Assembly (NCBI GenBank): GCA_946554445.1
Contig: CAMNSD010000017.1
Coordinates: 20,615-84,614 of the forward strand
Reading direction: 5' to 3'
Origin: an uncultured Lachnospiraceae bacterium
GTDB taxonomy: Bacteria > Bacillota > Clostridia > Lachnospirales > Lachnospiraceae
DNA length: 64,000 nt
Shown piece by piece: positions 58,766 through 64,000 of this stretch (position 1 is the first letter of the stretch; every line of letters begins with the position of its first letter). Made by a program: the position numbers and the translations under genes. The notes under the pieces were generated by a model. The model worked only from the letters and a program-made list of their open reading frames with translations. It ran no database searches and was not told the origin of the DNA.

Positions 58766-61437
58766 GGGGAAGATTAAGAGATTTATTTGGCAGGTTTATG
58801 GATGCTGAAGTGGATTTTCAGGAACGAATCTTTCTGCTCCTGACGACCATAGCGGAAAGCGCCATTTTTATTGCGTTTTTTGGGGATGTATTTACGGGGG
58901 AGAACGTGGCGGAGATTGCGGTTCTGGCAGGGCTTCTCATTGCAGCTCCCGTTTTTACGGTTTTTTCCATCCGCAAGGGCAAAGTGAATCTGGGAGCGGC
59001 GCTGAATGCTGTTACGATTATATTCATAGTCCTGCCGGCCACTTTTTATTTCGGCGGCGGTCTTACGGGCGGCTCCAATATCTGGTTTGCGTTTGCCTAT
59101 TTATATATTGGGCTGACCCTGGTGGGAAAGCTGCGTACGGTAATGCTCGTGCTGTTGAATGTGCTCATCGTTGTGGAGTATGTGACGACTTATTTTCACC
59201 CATCGCTTATCATCGAACATAACCGTTTCATGTGGTTTGCGGATTCCGGGATTTCCGTTTTGCTGGTAGGATTTCTTATCTATATCACGGTCCGGTTCCA
59301 GAATAAGATATTTCTCGAAGAAAACAGACGCGCCATGGAGCAGGCCAGGAAAATAGAAAAATTGAACCAGGCCCAGAATCATTTCTTTTCCAGTATGAGC
59401 CATGAGATCCGCACACCGATTAATACGATTATTGGACTAAATGAGATGATCTTAAGGGAGGATGTCTCGGATGAAGTGGCGGAAGATGCCAGGAATATTC
59501 AGGCCGCGTCCAAAATCCTGCTCTCCCTGATCAATGATATCCTGGATATGTCTAAGATAGAGTCCGGCAAAATGGATATTGTCCTCATGCCCTATGATGT
59601 GGGTAAAATGATTTCAGAGATTGTAAATATGATATGGGTGAGGGCCAATGAAAAAGGGCTGCAGTTTACGGTGGACGTAGATCCCGCCATGCCGTCCCAG
59701 TTGTTTTCCGATGAAGTGCGTATCAAGCAGATTTTGATAAATCTTTTGAATAATGCGATCAAATATACGCAGGAGGGCGGGGTATCACTTTCCATCCATA
59801 GCAGAAGGACAGAGCAGGGAAAGGCATATGTGACGTATACCGTAAAGGATACCGGTATGGGAATCCGCAAGGAAAGCATACCGCATTTATTTGATGCATT
59901 CCGGCGCGAGGATGAGGAAAAGAACAGATATATAGAGGGAACCGGACTGGGACTGTCCATTGTAAAACAGCTTGTAGATCTTCTGGGCGGGGAGATTTTT
60001 GTTGACAGCGTGTATACGAAGGGCTCGACCTTTACGGTAACGATACAACAGGAAATTGTAGATGGAAAAACGATAGGAAAATATGATCCCAGAAAATTTC
60101 ACGCATCGGATGTCAGGGAGCGTTACCATCAAAGCTTTGAGGCGCCCAAGGCAAGGATTCTTATCGTTGACGATAACACGGCGAACCTGCTTGTGGCAAC
60201 AAAGCTTCTCAGGGAGACGAAGGTACAGATTGATACGGCCCGCAGCGGGGAGGAGTGTCTGAACTTTACTTCCCAGGTAAAGTACCAGGTCATTTTTATG
60301 GATCATATGATGCCCGGCATGGATGGGATAGAATGCCTGCATGCCATCAGGGAACAATCCGGCGGGCTGTGCAGGGACACGCCGGTAGTCGTGTTGACTG
60401 CCAATGCGGGAAGTGAGAATCAGATGCTGTATCACAGGGAGGGCTTTGACGGATATCTTTTAAAACCGGTGGAAGGTGCTGTTTTGGAAGGAACATTGCT
60501 CAAATTACTGCCGGGTGATCTTGTGTCCATCAGCAAGGAGGAGAGAGATGAATTGGAAGCGGATCAGCTTGTACGCGAAACAAGACATAAGATTCCTTTG
60601 CTGATCACGACAGACAGTGTTTCCGACTTGCCGGGGAATCTGCTTACAAGGATGAAAATACCTGTGCTTCCCTATAAAGTACATACGGAGGAAGGAATTT
60701 TTTTTGACGGGTTGGAGGCAGAGAGTGACGCGATCCTCCGATATCTGGAGGATAGAGATTCCAGGGCCAGAAGTGAGGCTCCCGATGTAGCGGAGTACGA
60801 AAGCTTTTTTGCGGGGCTTTTGTCCGGTACTCAGCACGTCCTGCACATAGCCATGGCCGAGCATTCCAGCAATGGTTATGCGAACGCCAGCGAAGCTGCA
60901 CTTTCCTTTTATAATGTAAAAGTGATCGAATCGGGGCATCTGTCCAGCGGCATGGGCCTCATGGTGCTTGCAGCCAAGGAATTGGCAGATGCGGGGCAGT
61001 TTGATATGGATATCCTGCGCAGGGAATTGGAACAGAAAAGGGAAAAGATACGAACCAGTTTCATTGTAGACAGCACGGAATACCTGTATCGGGGCGGGAG
61101 ACTTCCCGAACGGATCCATAAGTTTTGTAAGGCTTTTATGCTACATCCTGTAATCAAAATGAAAAAAAGTTCCATGCAGGTTGGTGGGATCATTATCGGG
61201 AGCAGTAAGAAAGCCAGAAGTGCTTATATCCGTAAAGTACTGCGGCGGTCTTCCGAGATTGATACGTCTGTACTCTTCATCACCTATGCGGGAATGCGCA
61301 GGCAGGAAGTGGAAGAAATCAGGCAGGAAGTGCTGACAATCCTGAAATTTGAGAAGATATATCTTCAGAAGGCATCTCCCGCCATATCCATTAACTGCGG
61401 GCCGGGAAGCTTTGGGTTGATATTTGCCAGGAAATAG
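58762..61437 (+). CDS. Hybrid histidine kinase with C-terminal DegV domain
   Basis: SHEIRTP, NNAIKYT, GTGLGL, IVDDN...MDHMMP, then ITTDSVSDLP...YLYRGGRL...NCGPG DegV-like region. Confidence 0.9.
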   Translation: MRGRLRDLFGRFMDAEVDFQERIFLLLTTIAESAIFIAFFGDVFTGENVAEIAVLAGLLIAAPVFTVFSIRKGKVNLGAALNAVTIIFIVLPATFYFGGGLTGGSNIWFAFAYLYIGLTLVGKLRTVMLVLLNVLIVVEYVTTYFHPSLIIEHNRFMWFADSGISVLLVGFLIYITVRFQNKIFLEENRRAMEQARKIEKLNQAQNHFFSSMSHEIRTPINTIIGLNEMILREDVSDEVAEDARNIQAASKILLSLINDILDMSKIESGKMDIVLMPYDVGKMISEIVNMIWVRANEKGLQFTVDVDPAMPSQLFSDEVRIKQILINLLNNAIKYTQEGGVSLSIHSRRTEQGKAYVTYTVKDTGMGIRKESIPHLFDAFRREDEEKNRYIEGTGLGLSIVKQLVDLLGGEIFVDSVYTKGSTFTVTIQQEIVDGKTIGKYDPRKFHASDVRERYHQSFEAPKARILIVDDNTANLLVATKLLRETKVQIDTARSGEECLNFTSQVKYQVIFMDHMMPGMDGIECLHAIREQSGGLCRDTPVVVLTANAGSENQMLYHREGFDGYLLKPVEGAVLEGTLLKLLPGDLVSISKEERDELEADQLVRETRHKIPLLITTDSVSDLPGNLLTRMKIPVLPYKVHTEEGIFFDGLEAESDAILRYLEDRDSRARSEAPDVAEYESFFAGLLSGTQHVLHIAMAEHSSNGYANASEAALSFYNVKVIESGHLSSGMGLMVLAAKELADAGQFDMDILRRELEQKREKIRTSFIVDSTEYLYRGGRLPERIHKFCKAFMLHPVIKMKKSSMQVGGIIIGSSKKARSAYIRKVLRRSSEIDTSVLFITYAGMRRQEVEEIRQEVLTILKFEKIYLQKASPAISINCGPGSFGLIFARK

Positions 61438-61455
61438 TGCAAGGAGGGATAATTG

Positions 61456-62289
61456 ATGCGGACATACATACAAAAAAGGTTGTCAATGTTGGCGGGTATG
61501 CTGTTTTTGATACTATTGTTTTCAGGCTGTGGAAAGAATGCGGCCCAGAATGGAGAAGCCGCATTGATACCGAATCCATCGGAGGATTTGTCCTATATTA
61601 AGCAGAAAGGGACGCTGGTGGTGGGCGTTACGGATTTTGCTCCGCTGGATTACAAAGCCGGCGATTCCTGGACGGGATTTGACGCAGAGACTGCCATAGC
61701 TTTTGCAGGACGGCTTGGAGTAGAGATAGAATTTATGGAAATAGATTGGGACCAAAAGACAAAACTGTTGGAAAATGGGGAGATTGACCTGATCTGGAAT
61801 GGGATGACGAGAACGGATGACCTGGAAAACAGCATTAGCTGCTCCAATCCATATCTCTCAAATGCGCAGGTCTACGTGATGAGACAGGAGGATATTTCCA
61901 GGTTCACTTCGGCTGAAAAATGTGCCAATCTCCTTTTTTCCTGTGAAAAAGGTTCCACTGCGGAAGCAATCCTGAATGAAAGAAAATATCGTTATAATGG
62001 ATTTGAGTCGCAGCGGGAAGCGCTTGAGGCATTGGAAAAGGGCAAAACCGATGTTGCCGTTGTGGATATGGTCATGGCAGCCAGTATGACCGGAGAAGGT
62101 GCAGAATTTTCGGACCTGGCTTTTGATTTTCCGTTAAATGAGGAGGTTATCTGTGTGGGATTTCGCAAAGGTTCAGATCTGAAAGGGGAACTAGATACAT
62201 TTTTCACAGATATCTTTGCGGATGGGACAATTTATCAGATTGCCGATAAATATGGGCTGGGGGATGCGTTAATTCAATATACGGACTGA
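61456..62289 (+). CDS. Amino-acid-type ABC substrate-binding lipoprotein (SBP family 3)
   Basis: Lipobox LFSGC, LVVGVTDFAPLDY, GFDAE, IDWD, DLIWNGMT. Confidence 0.9.
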   Translation: MRTYIQKRLSMLAGMLFLILLFSGCGKNAAQNGEAALIPNPSEDLSYIKQKGTLVVGVTDFAPLDYKAGDSWTGFDAETAIAFAGRLGVEIEFMEIDWDQKTKLLENGEIDLIWNGMTRTDDLENSISCSNPYLSNAQVYVMRQEDISRFTSAEKCANLLFSCEKGSTAEAILNERKYRYNGFESQREALEALEKGKTDVAVVDMVMAASMTGEGAEFSDLAFDFPLNEEVICVGFRKGSDLKGELDTFFTDIFADGTIYQIADKYGLGDALIQYTD

Positions 62290-62307
62290 TAAAATGACAC
62301 CCGAATC

Positions 62308-62333
62308 GGTATAGGAAAGTTCTTTGTTTATCC
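62308..62333 (+). repeat. Dispersed intergenic motif, copy 4 (shorter)
   Basis: ggtataggaaagttctttgtttatcc. Confidence 0.65.
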
Positions 62334-62336
62334 AAT

Positions 62337-62378
62337 GGCAGCTGTCTGAAAGGGAGATTTTCAGGCAGTTGCCTTTTT
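62337..62378 (+). terminator. Terminator after the signalling operon
   Basis: ggcagctgtctgaaa / tttcaggcagttgcc plus T5. Confidence 0.8.
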
Positions 62379-62485
62379 ATAGGAGCGTGCTATAATAAGA
62401 CAATAGAGATATCCGTGTGATTCAGGTAAGCGGACGGGATGTTCTTTTATGTTTTTATTATCTTACATAACGGAGGAAACTTTCA

Positions 62486-63847
62486 GTGAGAATCATAATA
62501 GCGGGAGACGGTAAAGTCGGTTCCACGCTGACGAGACAGTTGGTTGCAGAGGGACACGATATTACACTGATTGATGCCAGGGCGGAAGTTCTTGAAGTCA
62601 GCGAGGAGCGCTATGATGTGATGGCAGTGCAGGGGAACTGCGCTTCCATGGATACTTTGTCCAGGGCCGGTGTGGAGGAAGCGGAGGTTCTGCTCGTCAT
62701 GACGGGAGCAGATGAGGTGAACTTGCTGTGTTGTGCAATTGCGCATGTCATGAATCCCGGATTGCATACAATAGCGAGGATTAGGAATCCGGAATACAGG
62801 GGGCAGATTTATCAGATGAGAAATCTATTTGGTCTGTCCATGGTGATTAATCCGGAGAGCCAGGCGGCCATAGAGATGGCACGTCTGATTAAGTATCCCG
62901 GATTTTTGAAACGTGACACTTTTGCCAAGGGTAAAGTGGAGATTGTGGAACTGCGTATTCAAGAAGATTCCAAGTTGCGGGATGTGAGCCTGTACGGACT
63001 GGGCAACGTGGTCAAATGCAAAATTTTGGTCTGTGCTGTCTTGCGGAACGGCAAGGCGATTATTCCGGATGGTAATTTTGTATTGCAGGCAGGGGATCGT
63101 ATTTTTGTTACGGCGTCCACCAGGGAATTGACGATTTTCCTCAAAAATATGGGTATTATTACGCACAAAGCCAAGCGGGTAATCTTGTGCGGCGGCGGCC
63201 GTCTCAGCTTTTATCTGGCGCAGCTTCTCGTGCGTGATGGGATCATGGTAGAGATCATAGAGCAGGATTATGACAGGTGCATGTCTTTAGCGAACCAGCT
63301 GCCGGATGTAACAGTAGTACACGGCGATGCCAGTAGCGAGTTTCTGTTGGATAGAGAGGGCATTTCAGAATGTGACGCACTTGTCACTTTGACCGGTGTG
63401 GATGAGATGAATATCATTATCTCCCTCTTTGGCAACAGCCGTAAAGTACCGCAGATTATTACGAAACTGGGACGTCTTAGCAACAACAGTATTCTGGATA
63501 CTCTTTCGGTGGGCAGTACCATCAGTCCCAAAGAGTTGTGTTGTAATGATATTCTCCGGTATGTGCGGGGCATCAGGAACCAGGCGGGCGCGGCCCAGGC
63601 GGTCAATGCGATTGCGGATGGCCAGGCGGAAGCCATAGAGTTTATTGTGGATGAGAACACGAAGCACTGTGAGGAACCGCTCAAGAAAGTAAAACTGAAG
63701 AAGAATATCCGTATTGCGGGTATCAATAAACTCAACAGCTTTGAGATAGCCAACGGTGATTCGTTCTATTCCAAAGGAGATAGAGTGATTATTGTGACAG
63801 GAAGAGATGAAGTCATTTATCAGTTAAATGATATTTTTGAATCATAA
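62486..63847 (+). CDS. trkA: Trk potassium uptake protein TrkA
   Basis: Two RCK N/C pairs; MRIIIAGDGKVG and ILCGGGRL. Confidence 0.95.
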   Translation: MRIIIAGDGKVGSTLTRQLVAEGHDITLIDARAEVLEVSEERYDVMAVQGNCASMDTLSRAGVEEAEVLLVMTGADEVNLLCCAIAHVMNPGLHTIARIRNPEYRGQIYQMRNLFGLSMVINPESQAAIEMARLIKYPGFLKRDTFAKGKVEIVELRIQEDSKLRDVSLYGLGNVVKCKILVCAVLRNGKAIIPDGNFVLQAGDRIFVTASTRELTIFLKNMGIITHKAKRVILCGGGRLSFYLAQLLVRDGIMVEIIEQDYDRCMSLANQLPDVTVVHGDASSEFLLDREGISECDALVTLTGVDEMNIIISLFGNSRKVPQIITKLGRLSNNSILDTLSVGSTISPKELCCNDILRYVRGIRNQAGAAQAVNAIADGQAEAIEFIVDENTKHCEEPLKKVKLKKNIRIAGINKLNSFEIANGDSFYSKGDRVIIVTGRDEVIYQLNDIFES

Positions 63848-63906
63848 AAAGGGGTAACGCAAGAAGCGTTGCCTTGTCGCGTAAACGCTTCGGAACGAGG
63901 AATACT

Positions 63907-64000
63907 ATGAATTATCGGATGATGGGAAAATTTATCGGCAGGATTTTGTATGTGGAGGCAGTCTTTATGCTTCCGGCGCTGCTGATTAGTATATATGGTA
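63907..64000 (+). CDS. trkH: Probable TrkH membrane subunit, N-terminus (partial at window edge)
   Basis: MNYRMMGKFIGRILYVEAVFMLPALLISIY, typical TrkH start, directly after trkA. Confidence 0.7.
   Translation, partial: MNYRMMGKFIGRILYVEAVFMLPALLISIYG

Noticed and set aside
62380-62485. c-di-AMP (ydaO) riboswitch upstream of trkA
   Set aside because: Leader is short and lacks the conserved motif; acggaggaa is simply the RBS

Overview
Chromosomal window from a Bacillota bacterium; gene content and style suggest Lachnospiraceae (inference). Most genes are on the + strand. In order: end of gltB and gltD; an L,D-transpeptidase; three sugar ABC-transporter modules with two YesM/YesN-type two-component systems, AraC and LacI regulators, two GH31 and one GH36 glycosidases; asnA; a 5'-damaged Rpn-family gene; a radical SAM/DUF4130 pair with LexA-like boxes; an HPr-like protein; a nuclease-DinG-type helicase; a GH13; a heterodimeric ABC exporter; a beta-mannan catabolic set (LacI, AGE-family epimerase, two GH130); an AgrA/AgrC-like pair; a REC-HD-GYP / hybrid kinase / kinase-DegV / binding-protein operon; trkA and the start of trkH. 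No rRNA, tRNA, CRISPR array or intact IS was seen. Best leads: an unannotated 37-aa leader ORF plus terminator ahead of the ABC exporter, the DegV-fused phosphorelay, the SOS-boxed radical SAM pair, a non-origin DnaA-box cluster, a G10 tract in an AraC gene, and several families of structured intergenic repeats. All assignments come from motif recognition by eye; no searches were run.
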